From the NCBI GenBank assembly GCA_013416795.1, contig RQSC01000032.1, positions 679,495 through 716,514 of the forward strand: 37,020 bases of DNA. Direction: 5' to 3'. The DNA comes from Prasinococcaceae sp. CCMP 1430 (lineage: Eukaryota; Plantae; Prasinodermophyta). Shown one piece after another: positions 26,626 through 37,020 of this stretch. The notes under the pieces were generated by a model. It worked only from the letters and a program-made list of their open reading frames with translations, searched no databases and was not told the origin of the DNA. The position numbers were made by a program, and so were the translations under genes. Every line of letters starts with the position of its first letter. The first letter of the stretch is position 1.

Positions 26626-27561
26626 GGTGCCTTGGCGGGCTCTCTCAGCAGTGACGCCCGCGCACTCGAGTGCTGCGCGCTCCGCCCTCCTCGAATGATA
26701 CTCACACGCCTCGCTGCCGTGCAGCCTCACCGCGACGTCCAGTCTGTGACAGCCTCCCCACGCCCCGCGCCGTACGTTCGCTCACCCACGCACCTTCCCG
26801 CCACCCGTCTCAAGCAGCGCTGCGCGCGCACAGCGGCGTGTAAGCGAGGTGCGCTGCACGGCGCGCGCGCCGAGTGGCGTGAGTGATGCAGGGACACCAA
26901 CCGCGGCGCACCTCGCGCGCGTGCGCGCGCCCCTTCGCGGCAGCAACGCCGCGCGCTGCGCGCCGCGAGCAGCGCAGCGCTAGTCTCTCTTGGGCGCGCA
27001 CGCACCGGACGAGAGACGCGCACGCGCACGCCCGCCGCGCCGCGCCGACCCTCGCTCGCTGCAGGGCCCCACGGACCGCGGCTGCGCGTCTGAGTGCTGC
27101 TGCAATGAGGCGTGCACGCGCACGCCCTGCCCTCCTCGATATGCGGGCAGGGCACCGCACTGAGACTCCTACGTGGCGAGCACACTGCGCAACGCGCGCG
27201 GCGTGTGGCACGGCCGCGCGCGCAGTCGCGCGCCTCTCTTCCGATGTGGTCGTGCGCTCAGTCCGTTTTTTTATCGCCGCGGAGCGACGCGCCATCAAAA
27301 CGCACCCGCAGGCGCGCGTGGGCGCCGCTCCGCTCCAGCCGCCGCCGCCACAGCAGACGTTACGCAGAGGCGCGGCAGCTCGCACACTCCAACCATGCGG
27401 GCCGTAACGCCACGAAATACGAATTACAGGCGTTCCGCGAATCCTAGCGTGCGCTTTGAAGAACGGAGACAGAAATCGCGGAGCTGTAATCGTGTGCGCG
27501 CAGACAGAGTCGCCGGCCGCGCGGCGCCGGGCGAGGCGATGCCGCCGCGGCGCGCGGCGCG

Positions 27562-28114
27562 NNNNNNNNNNNNNNNNNNNNNNNNNNNNNNNNNNNNNNN
27601 NNNNNNNNNNNNNNNNNNNNNNNNNNNNNNNNNNNNNNNNNNNNNNNNNNNNNNNNNNNNNNNNNNNNNNNNNNNNNNNNNNNNNNNNNNNNNNNNNNNN
27701 NNNNNNNNNNNNNNNNNNNNNNNNNNNNNNNNNNNNNNNNNNNNNNNNNNNNNNNNNNNNNNNNNNNNNNNNNNNNNNNNNNNNNNNNNNNNNNNNNNNN
27801 NNNNNNNNNNNNNNNNNNNNNNNNNNNNNNNNNNNNNNNNNNNNNNNNNNNNNNNNNNNNNNNNNNNNNNNNNNNNNNNNNNNNNNNNNNNNNNNNNNNN
27901 NNNNNNNNNNNNNNNNNNNNNNNNNNNNNNNNNNNNNNNNNNNNNNNNNNNNNNNNNNNNNNNNNNNNNNNNNNNNNNNNNNNNNNNNNNNNNNNNNNNN
28001 NNNNNNNNNNNNNNNNNNNNNNNNNNNNNNNNNNNNNNNNNNNNNNNNNNNNNNNNNNNNNNNNNNNNNNNNNNNNNNNNNNNNNNNNNNNNNNNNNNNN
28101 NNNNNNNNNNNNNN
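27562..28114. other. Assembly gap (553 N)
   Basis: Run of n. Confidence 0.99.
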
Positions 28115-29052
28115 GCACCCAAACCCAAACCTCACACAAAAATCACTCGTCAAAACACATTCATATAACACATGTAATGAACCCTACTATGTATATACCG
28201 TAATGGCGCCGCCCGCGCGCGCGCGCGCGCGCGGCGAGCGCGCGCGCACCCGTCTCGCCGCGGACGAGATTTTTCCGCGGGCTCCCCGAATACTCCCGCT
28301 TCCATCCCCGCAGTTCGTCAGCCCGAGTGCGCCGTGACCTCCCAAACGTACGGAAATCCTAATTTGGAGGAAGCTTCCGGAGGTCTCCAAAATTGCCTAC
28401 TTGCCTCATTTTCGGATGTACGCCCGGCTACAAATTGTTCCTTCGCGCGCCGCTTGGCCAGGGCGCCCATCTTTAAGCGAGCTCCTCATAAGGACTTGTC
28501 GCACCCCCGCCGGGGCGCGCTTTTTCGCGCCTCCGGCCGACGGAAGCGCCGCCGCGCGTGCGCGCGCGGGTGCCCCCTCGCGCGCGAGGCGCGCGCGCGG
28601 CGCACCAGTTGACGCTTCCGTTCCCGCGGTTTCGTCGCCCTGAGTGCTCCGAGACCTCTCAATTTCCACGGAAGGTCTGATTTTAGGAAATCTATCCGTC
28701 CGCGCGCGCGCGCGCATTCGAGCGGCATCGAGGAATATCCGGCGGGAAATGCATGCAACGGTCGCGACGAGAAGCTTCCCGGCGGTGCGCGCGCGACGCT
28801 TCCCGGCAAACGAAACCCAAACCCAAATCGCGCATCAAAGCCAATGAGTTACAACATAATTGGGAACCCTAATAAAATACCTAACGGATCGGCGACGCGC
28901 CGATTTTTCCGCGCGCACACGAGATGCACGGGGCGCGCGGCCGCGCGCCACTCCACGCTGAGCGCGCGCGCACGCGGTGGATGGGTGCGGGGCCGTTGCG
29001 CGTGGGAGGACTCGGACGGAGCGAGAGGCGAGGAGGTCAGGGAGGCGGTGCC

Positions 29053-29685
29053 ATGGAGCGTGGAGGGCCTTCGGCCCCGCCGACGCCCCCGCCCGCCCCG
29101 GTCACGGTCGGGCCCAACGGCGAGTTCAAGCCTGCGGACTCGGACTGTGAGGCGGCACCCACCGGGCCGCTCAAGATGCCACTTCCACACGGGTACCAGC
29201 TGCCGAGGAGGCTCGACAGCGTACAAGACGTGGACATCGCGGAGGGCACGTATAAATACGTGCTCCTACTGTACATGGCACCAGGAGAGGCCAAGATAGT
29301 AAGTCGCGCGCGCTGGTAGGCCTCAGCGCCGGCCCACTCCACGCGCCGTGGCCACACCCTCGCGTGCCCGCCCGCGACTGACAAAGCCGCGCGCGTGGCG
29401 GGCCACCAGGTGGTCAGGTCGTACGAGAGCACGCACTACCACGGCGAAGCCGTCGCCCTGGCGTCGAACGAGATCGGCAGGATGGACAGCGCCATCTCGT
29501 CGCCCGTCGTCATCGCAGGTGGCCGCATCGAGCTGAACTCCCGCGACAAGACGGTGCGGGTCTACGGCCGCAGCAAGACATACGAGCGACACGGCAAATG
29601 CAAGGGCGCCAACGAGTACGCCGCCATGCTCATCGCCAAGGCGATGCCCGGCTACGACGTCAAGTGGTCGGACGATGGCTACTGA
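29053..29685 (+). CDS. PHPT1: Janus/Ocnus family 14-kDa phosphohistidine phosphatase (exons 29053-29298, 29410-29685)
   Basis: DVDIAEGTYKYVLL..KI|VVRSYESTHYHGE..GGRIE..DKTVRVYGRS..YDVKWSDDGY*, matching PHPT1 DVDID..FKYVL / EYHA / GGGRI / VYGYS / VTWANDGY. Phase-0 intron GTAAGT..CACCAG. Confidence 0.88.
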
Positions 29686-29793
29686 AGTGCCAGCGTCAGT
29701 CGTCAAGAGAGACTAGTCTTTTTTTCCCACAACTGCGCAGCATCCAGAGACTCACAGGGACAGACGAGCACAACTGCATCAGCATGCAGTGAC

Positions 29794-29850
29794 TCACAGC
29801 AACAGCATGTACTAGGCTGACTTCACAGCAACAGCATGTACTAGGCTGAC
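29794..29850. repeat. Direct tandem duplication, 29-nt period
   Basis: tcacagcaacagcatgtactaggctgac at 29794-29821 and again at 29823-29850, in the region between the PHPT1 and lipoyl synthase 3' ends. Confidence 0.9.
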
Positions 29851-29966
29851 GTGGCCCTAAGCCCACAGCCCTGAGATAGCACAAAGCCCGAGCGAGGTAA
29901 GAAAAGCAACTTTATTCAAGCGCCGGAATCAGCGACTCTTGCCACCGTGGGCTGGGCCAGGCCGGC

Positions 29967-31479
29967 TCATGCAGTTGCGCCGTGGCCGCCAGCGAGGGAG
30001 ATGCGCTTGAGCTCCTCGAAGGCGTCCAAGCCGCGGTTGGCCATCTCGGCGGCGGCCTCCTCAACGAGCCGCTCGGCCTCCGCGGCCTCCGCTTCGGCGG
30101 GCTCCTCGAGCTCGGGCATGTCCACGAGGCCCACGAGCGCCTCGGCGTCGAGCGGCGCCGCGCTCGGCGGCGCCGGGCGGCCCTCCTCGCGCTCCCTCTC
30201 GATCATGGCCGCCATGTAGAACTCGCCCGCCTGCCGGCGGCGCGCGCGCGATAGTGGGCGCCGTCAGCCCGCCGCCTCGCGCGCGCGCGGCGACTGCCAT
30301 GCCGATGTGCGGACACGAGGCGCGTGCGTGCGTGCGTGCGTGCGTGCTCGAAAAGTGCGCGCGCGCGCGCGCGCGCGCGCCGCGCGGCCGCGGCGCCGCG
30401 AGCGCACCTTGTACGAGGACCTCACCAGCGGCCCGCTCGCCACGTAGCGGAAGCCCAGGTCCTCGGAGAACTTCTGCCAGTACTCGAACTTCTCCGGCGT
30501 GACCCACTCCTTGACGCTCAGGTGCAGCGGCGTGGGCTGCAGGTACTGACCGAACGTCACCACGTCCACGTCGGCGAGCTCGCGCAGCTCGCGCAGCGTC
30601 TTCCTCAGCTCGTCGTCCTTCTCCCCGAGCCCGAGCATCAGCGACGTCTGTCCCGCGCCCCCACCCACCGCGCGCGCGCGCGTGCAGCGCGTCAGCCGTC
30701 GCTCGGCCTACGCAGCATCGGGCGCTTCGCGGAGCGTGCGCGCGCGAGAGCGCGCACGCATGCGTGTGCGCGCACGTCTGCGCGCGCGGGCGGGCGTCCG
30801 CTCGTGCATCTTTCCGTGCGCGCGCGCGCGCGCGCGCGCGCACCTTGGTGAAGATGCCCGGCGCGACCTCCTTGGCCTTCCTGAGCACGTCGAACGACTG
30901 CTCGTATCCCGCGCGCGAGTCGCGCACCAGGCGCTGCAGCCTCTCCACCGTCTCGACGTTGTGCGCGTACACGTCCAGCCCGGAGCGCGCCACGTTGGCC
31001 ACCGCGTCCATGTCCCCGCGGAAGTCGGGCGTGAGGCACTCGACGAGCGTCTGCGGGCGCAGCGCCTTGAGCGTGCGCACCGTCCGCGCGAAGTGCTCGC
31101 TGCCGCCGTCGGGCATGTCGTCGCGGTCGACGCTCGTCAGCACCACGTAGCCGATCCCCCACTCGGCGATCGCGCGCGCTGTGTTCTCCGGTTCCATGGG
31201 GTCCGCAGGCTCGGGCGAGCTCGACGTGTTCACCGCGCAGAACTGGCAGCCGCGCGTGCACGTGTCGCCCAGCAGCATGATCGTGGCGGTGCCGTTGTCG
31301 CCGTTCCAGCACTCGCCCACGTTGGGGCACTGCGCCTCCTCGCACACCGTGTTCAGCTTGAGGTCGCGGAGGGACTCGTGAAGGTACTCGTAGCGATCGC
31401 CCTGGGGCGCGCGCTGCCGCAGCCACGGCGGCTTGCCCGTGCCCAGCCCGTCGCCCGCCCACTCGACGTTCTTGCGGCC
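29967..31479 (-). CDS. LIP1P: Plastid-type lipoyl synthase (radical SAM); exons ~31479-30844, 30647-30408, 30230-29967; 5' end unresolved
   Basis: [25 protein letters not shown] (CX4CX5C), CTRGCQFC (CX3CX2C), SVDRDD, AHNVETV, TK|[29 protein letters not shown]|AGEF. Canonical GT..AG phase-0 introns. WLRQx[12 protein letters not shown] and RAGYEQS resemble the plastid paralogue. Confidence 0.92.
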
Positions 31480-32673
31480 GCGGGCGGCGCGCGCGCTCGG
31501 ATTCGGCCGGGGGGGCGCGAAAATGTACATTTTCATTCGAACCGCATTTCGAAACGTGTTCCGCCGTTTCGAAATGTTTATTTGATTGGCATCCAACCAC
31601 ATTCGTGGGCGTTTTTTGTGCGCGGCCCCGCGCCCGGGGCAGCCGCCGCCGCGCGGGTCCTGTGGCTGGCGTCTATCGAATTCGCGGCGCGGCGCCGAAT
31701 TCGGCGGCGCGAAGCGGGCGCGGGCGGCTGATTTCGAATCCGTCGGCGGGCCGGGGCGCGCGGATTTCGGACGCCGCGGGTTCGCAGAGGCGGTTTGGGC
31801 AACGCGAGCGCGCGAGCGAGCGAGCGAGCGTGTGCGTGTGAGAGGGGGGGGAAGGGGGGCGCGGGAGGGGAGCGCGGGGGAGGGGAAGGGGGCCGCGAGA
31901 TGGTTGTGGGCGGCTCGGTCGATGCCGCGTCACACACGCGCGCGCGTGAACGGGCGCAGGCGCGGGCGCTCGCGGCGCGGCGAGGCGGACACACACACGC
32001 ACACACGCACACACACACGCACGGCGCGCGGCCCCACACGCACCACACACCGCCTGCAGCCCCGCTCCAAAAACCCTGTGTTGACCTACTTTGAAGTACA
32101 CCGGGGCAGCGAGGCGCACCCCAGGGCTGCGCCGCCGCGCCCCGCTCATTTTCGGGCGTATTTCGTTTTAAACCGGAAATCAGCCCCTGGTTTTCCTCAC
32201 GCGCACGGGACTGGACCTGGTATGTACAGTGTATGTACAGTAGTCTATTTTCTCCCCGCGTCCCCATCTAAACCTGGGCGAAAGCGCGCTGCATCCACCG
32301 CAGCCTTCGATCGCCGTCCGCGAGGTTCCGGATCAAACTCGTGGCGGGAGACTGCCCGGGCGCGTTCGCGCGCGACGGCCCCGTTTCCGTTTCGGCCGTT
32401 TCCCGGTTCGGGCGCGCGTTTCGCGCCCCGTCCCGCCTCCTTTCGCGGCGCGGCCGACCGAATCCCTCGAGCCTCCGCGCGAATGCGCGCGATTCCGAAC
32501 TCTCGAGTCGGAGTTTCGCGGAGTTTTCGCGCGCGAAGCGCGCGAAGCGGGAGCGTTCGGCGCCGCGCGCTCGCCCGCGCGCGCGCGCGCCGAACGGCCG
32601 CGGCGCTCGATCGAATCGAATTGCAATTGAGCTATTTTTACCCACGGGAGAGTTTTAGACGTGGTCGAATCGC

Positions 32674-34013
32674 ATGCGGCGGGGGGGGCGTGTGCCGGCG
32701 GGGCGCCTGCGGGGCGCCACAGCGCGCACGCGCAGGCGGGGCTGGGCGGCGCAGCCGCGTACGCGAGCGTGCTGGTGGCGGCTAACCTGGAGGACCTGCA
32801 CGGCCGCGGCCGCGGGCGGCGAGGACGCGCTGCGCGAGGCGCTCGCGCGCGCGGCGGAGACGGGCGTGGTGTCGCGGCGTGCCTTCTCTGGCTACGACGG
32901 CATTGGCGGCCTCGAGCGCAGCTACGTGCCCGTCGACATCCTCGCGCTCGGCCTCAGCCCGCTGGGCGTGCTCTTGGTGTTGGCGGAGGAGGAGGCCGTC
33001 AAGAGGCTGGAGAAGTACTCAGACGGTGTGGCCTATCCCGAGCTCCGGTCCAAGATGGTCACGCTTGCGATAGGGCAGGCCGAAGCGCAGAGCATCGTCT
33101 ACGCGAAGGTGCGCGTGCGCCGCCTACGCTCCTGCGCTGTGTGCGACGACGGGCGCGATGGACCCGCGGTGTCATACGCACGCGCGGGGGCGTTGCCCTG
33201 ACGCGATGCCCTCCCTCCCTCCGTTCTCCCCTCCCTTCTTCCCTCTCCCCCTCCTTCTTGCTCTCTCTCAAGGTGGCGCGCGCGGCCGACGAGGGCAGCG
33301 ACGGTAGCCTGAGCGAGTTCGCGCAGCTGAGCTCGGAGGGAATCGGCGAGGGCAACGGCGCAGGCGGCGAGGACGAGGACGCGGGGGGTGGGCTCGCGGA
33401 CCCGTACTTGGGCGCGGCCGACGAGGCCGGCGGTCTTAACACGCCGCGGCCGCACAAGTCCCAGACGCTCGTGCGCGCCGTCTCTGCGCTCGGCGGAACG
33501 CTGGAGCGCGTGTGCATCACCGGGCAGGTCGGCGGCACGTACTACGCGACCATCACATTCAAATCAGGAAGCGGCGCTCGCGGGGTGCGCACCGCCATTG
33601 ATGCGCGGCCAAGCGATGCTATTGCATTCGCCATTGCGGCGGGCGCCCCGGTGTACGCTAGCAAGGATCTGCTGCAGGAGACAACGCTCGGGGAGGCCAT
33701 GCGCGAGAGTGCCATTGATGGCCTGCTCGCGCCCGAGGACGGCGAGGACGCCGAGGGCGGCGACGACTTGGGAAGCGAGCAAAGTGGCAGGAGCGCAGCG
33801 CCCGATGGCCCTGCTGAAGGCGCCGGCTCTGCGAGCGAGGGCGGGGGTGCTGACAGGGCGGAGGGCGCAGTCAGAGGCCGAGCTGCCAAGGGTGATGCCC
33901 CCAGGGGGGGCCAGCCATCCCCGCCCGAAGAGGAGGAGCGCCAGCGCAAGCGCAAGGCGATGGAGCAGGCCGTCACGATCGAGATGGCGCGCGCGAGCAG
34001 CCTCGCGGCGTGA
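32674..34013 (+). CDS. DUF151/bifunctional nuclease-domain protein (exons 32674-33108, 33273-34013; start uncertain)
   Basis: LAIGQAEAQSI, LGGTLERVCITGQVGGTYYATI, IDARPSDAIAFAIAAGAPVYAS are DUF151 hallmarks. Phase-0 intron GTGCGC..pyrimidine tract..TCAAG. Confidence 0.82.
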
Positions 34014-34247
34014 TGGGCAGTGGCCGCCGTCGCTGTGCGCGCCGCCTGTGGCAGCGTGTTTTGTGTCATAATGTTTTTCACCTGTACTTCATCTCTCTCA
34101 CCGAGCTTAACGTGACGCCGCCTAGTGCGTTGCGTCTTGCCGACGCCATCCGTGTGCGGACGCGCTGATCCCCTTCTCAGTTCGCACTCAGCACCTGTGT
34201 CGGCAGAGCGACGCCCTTCTAGGGTCGAATGACCGGCAATCTCCAGC

Positions 34248-36633
34248 TCAGTTCTTCTTGGACTTCTTCTTGGACTTCTTCTTCTTGTCCTTCTTCTTCT
34301 TGTCCTTCGTCTTCTTGTCCTTCTTCTTCTTGTCCTTCTTCTTCTTGTCCTTCTTCTTGGACTTCTCCTTCTTGGACTCCTTCTTGGACTTCTTCTTCGC
34401 CGGCTCCGGCTCCTCCATGCACATCTTGCTCTTGTAGACGCAGCCATCCTCCTTGCCGCACTTCTTCTTCGAGAGGCCGTCGCAGTGGGACGGGTAGTAC
34501 CAGTCCTCAATGCACATCTTGTTCTCGTAGACGCAGCCGTCCTCCTTGCCGCACTTCTTCTTCGAGAGGCCGTCGCAGTGGGAGTAGTGCGGATAGTGGT
34601 CGTCGTACGGATAGTGCGGGTAGTGGTCGTCGTAAGGATAGTGCGGGTAGTGGTCGTCGTGCGGCTCCTCCACGCACATCTTGTTCTCGTAGACGCAGCC
34701 GTCCTCCTTGCCGCACTTCTTCTTCGAGAGGCCGTCGCAGTGGGAGTAGTATGGGTAGTGGTCGTCCGCCGGATAGTGCGGGTAGTGGTCGTCCTCCGGG
34801 TAGTGCGGGTAGTGGTCGTCGTAAGGATAGTGCGGGTAGTGGTCGTCCTCCGGGTAGTGCGGGTAGTGGTCGTCGTACGGATAGTGCGGGTAGTGGTCGT
34901 CCTCCGGGTAGTGCGGGTAGTGGTCGTCGTACGGATAGTGCGGGTAGTGGTCGTCGAACGCGCCCGTGCAGTTGGTCGTGTTGGCGCCACCGGCGCACGG
35001 CGAAGCAGGATCGAACAGCTCATCGTCATTGTACCAGGAGTAGTCATGATCGCAGTGAGCCAAGCATCCCTGCGCAGAGCGAAAACGCCGTCAAGTGCGA
35101 GCGCATGGATGTGTGTTAGCCGCAAAGGTCACTTCATGCTGCCGCCGCGGATGAACTCGCGCGCGCGCGCGCGCGCAACACGCACGCCAAGGCGGACGAA
35201 GCTAAGCTGAGCATGCGCAGCCGGGCACTCACCTCGACGTCCGCACCATCATGGTTGTAATGGCACTCCATGCATGGCTGGCAAAAGTACATGTCGCTCG
35301 TGTAGGGCATTCCGGGGCAATCTTCAGTGAAGCACTCTATCGCGCAGAATTCGTCCGGAGGGCATCCAGAATTGCGACCGTCGCACAAGCCTTCGTACTC
35401 CGGGTAGTGCGGGTACTGCTCGTCAGACGGATGCATGCCGTCGAAAAAGCACCGGCCCTCCTCCCACCCGCACATGCTGTATGACTTGCACTCGCTCTTC
35501 TTGAAGCCCGACTGCTCGCAGAAGATCTCCTCCTCCGATAGTTCGTACGTGTAGTCGTCCGGACGGTACGAGTAGTGGTCGTCCGTGTAGGGCGGATAAT
35601 CGGAGTATGCGTAAGACGGACTGTAGTAGCACCCGCCGTCGGTCCACTCGCACATGCTGTATGAGTTGCACTCGCTCTTCTTGAAGCCCGACTGCTCGCA
35701 AAAGCGCTCGCTCGCCGCTCTGGTGGTGTCGTACAGTGACTCGTGTTCGTGTTCGTTCTCAACCCACATGTGCTCATCCTCCGGGTAGTGCGGGTAATGC
35801 TCGTCATGGGGTTCCTCCACGCACATCTTGTTCTCGTAGACGCAGCCGTCCTCCTTGCCGCACTTCTTCTTCGAGAGGCCGTCGCAGTGGGAGTGGTATG
35901 GGTAGTGGTCGTCCTCCGGATAGTGCGGATAGTGGTCGTACTCCGGGTAGTGCGGGTAGTGGTCGTCCTCCGGGTAGTGCGGGTAGTGGTCGTCCTCAGG
36001 ATAGTGCGGGTAGTGGTCGTACTCCCCCATCACGCCCATCACCAGCAGGAGGCCCATCACGCCCATCACCAGCAGGAGGCCCATCACGCCCAGGTCGGAG
36101 TAGTCGTAAGACGGATTGTACCAGCACTCGCCGTCCGCCCACTCGCACATGGGGTATGACTTGCACTCGCTCTTCTTGAAGCCCGACTCCTCGCAGAAGT
36201 GCTCGCCAAACGAGTCCGCGTAGTCACCGTGGTCGTAATAGTCGTAGTATTCGTGCGCGGGCCCGTCCTCCGGATACGCCGGGTAGTGCCAGTCCCCGTC
36301 GTGTGAGTAGTGGTCGTCCTCCGGGTAGTGCGGGTAGTGGTCGTGGTGGTCCGAGTGGTCGTAGTATTCGTGCTCGGGCCCGTCCTCCGCATACGGCGGG
36401 TAGTGCCAGTCCTCTTCGTGCGGGTAGTGGTCGTCCTCGGGGTAGTGCGGGTAGTGGTCGTCCTCCGGGTAAGCGCCGGCAGCGGCCGCGGCGGGCGCGG
36501 CGCCAGCGCCCGAGCCGACGTTCGAGAGCATGTCGCCGATGTCCTGGTTGGCGAGGAACTTCTCGAAGAGAGTCGGCCAGTACGACTCGACCTCAATGCC
36601 GGCGGCGGTCACGATCGCCTTGATCTTGTCGGC
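34248..36633 (-). CDS. His/Tyr/Asp/Pro repeat protein with 4-Cys modules and poly-Lys tail, N-terminally fused to an RPLP1 exon (exons 36633-35233, 35069-34248; 5' exon outside the window)
   Basis: Acceptor CCCACAG|GCCGACAAG gives ADKIKAIVTAAGIEVESYWPTLFEKFL..VGSG (RPLP1 core), continuing in frame into YPEDDHYPH repeats. The phase-0 intron GTGAGT(35232)..GCGCAG(35070) joins ..DVE|GCLAHC.., completing a Cys-rich domain. Confidence 0.7.
34419..35889 (-). repeat. Four near-identical 69-nt coding repeats (HCDGLSKKKCGKEDGCVYENKMC) plus 27-nt YPHYPEDDH tandem repeats
   Basis: Copies at ~34419-34487, 34512-34580, 34674-34742 and 35821-35889. 27-nt units TACCCGCACTAY(CCGGAG/CCTTAC/CCGTAC)GACGACCAC lie between them. 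Confidence 0.9.
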
Positions 36634-37020
36634 CTGTGGGGACGCACGCGGTCTTACGAGTCAGACACAATCACGTATCGCAGGCGGCACAGGCACGCGC
36701 GGCCACCCGACGGCGACCCCGGGGGGGGCGGGCGCGCGCGCGCATCACGGCCGGGCTGGACACGTGTGCGCCTTTCGCGGCCGCCAACGCCTTCGCCGGC
36801 GTCTCACAGCCGACGTCGCCGATGGCGATGCCGCGTGGCGGGCCCAGCATGGTGGGCCGAGCCGACGGCACGCACATCGCCCGCAGCCGCCCCAAAACAA
36901 AATGTCCGCACGCGCGCCGGCGCCGTAGGGCGCGCGCGCGGCGCGAGCGCGCGCGCAGGTCCGGGCCCGGCGCGCGGACTCCGCGAGCAAGGCCGCGGGG
37001 GGAAAGGGAGGGGACTCCTG

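Noticed and set aside
26700-28900. Genes or transposons in the intervals flanking the third gap
   Set aside because: No motif-bearing ORF, terminal inverted repeats or target-site duplications could be identified by eye.
34750-36470. CRISPR-like array suggested by recurring ~27-nt units
   Set aside because: Units are contiguous, in-frame coding repeats with no unique spacers, in a eukaryote with no cas genes visible.

Overview
Gene-dense nuclear DNA of a very GC-rich eukaryote. A prasinophyte-grade green alga is inferred from plant-type bifunctional P5CS, plastid-type lipoyl synthase, TGTAA poly(A) signals, a telo-box, and GT..AG introns of ~110-200 nt. The assembly is draft quality: a 7,297-nt pure poly-C run (6109-13405, almost certainly artefactual) and three N gaps. 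Recognisable genes: secreted GH19 chitinase, signal-anchored TPR protein, AFG2/SPATA5 AAA ATPase, P5CS, RPLP1, PheRS beta, DUF285 repeat protein, PHPT1/Janus, plastid lipoyl synthase and a DUF151 nuclease-like protein. Most interesting: (1) a T4 gp21-type phage prohead maturation protease with intact His/Ser/Asp motifs, head-to-head with P5CS among housekeeping genes; (2) an RPLP1 middle exon, missing from the gapped RPLP1 locus, fused in frame to a large His/Tyr/Asp repeat protein with 4-Cys modules and a poly-Lys tail (chimera or misassembly); (3) an unannotated 70-aa tail-anchored protein with a PP1-docking RVxF motif; (4) a C/D-box snoRNA candidate upstream of the main PheRS beta exon. No database searches were possible, so all family assignments come from motif recognition.
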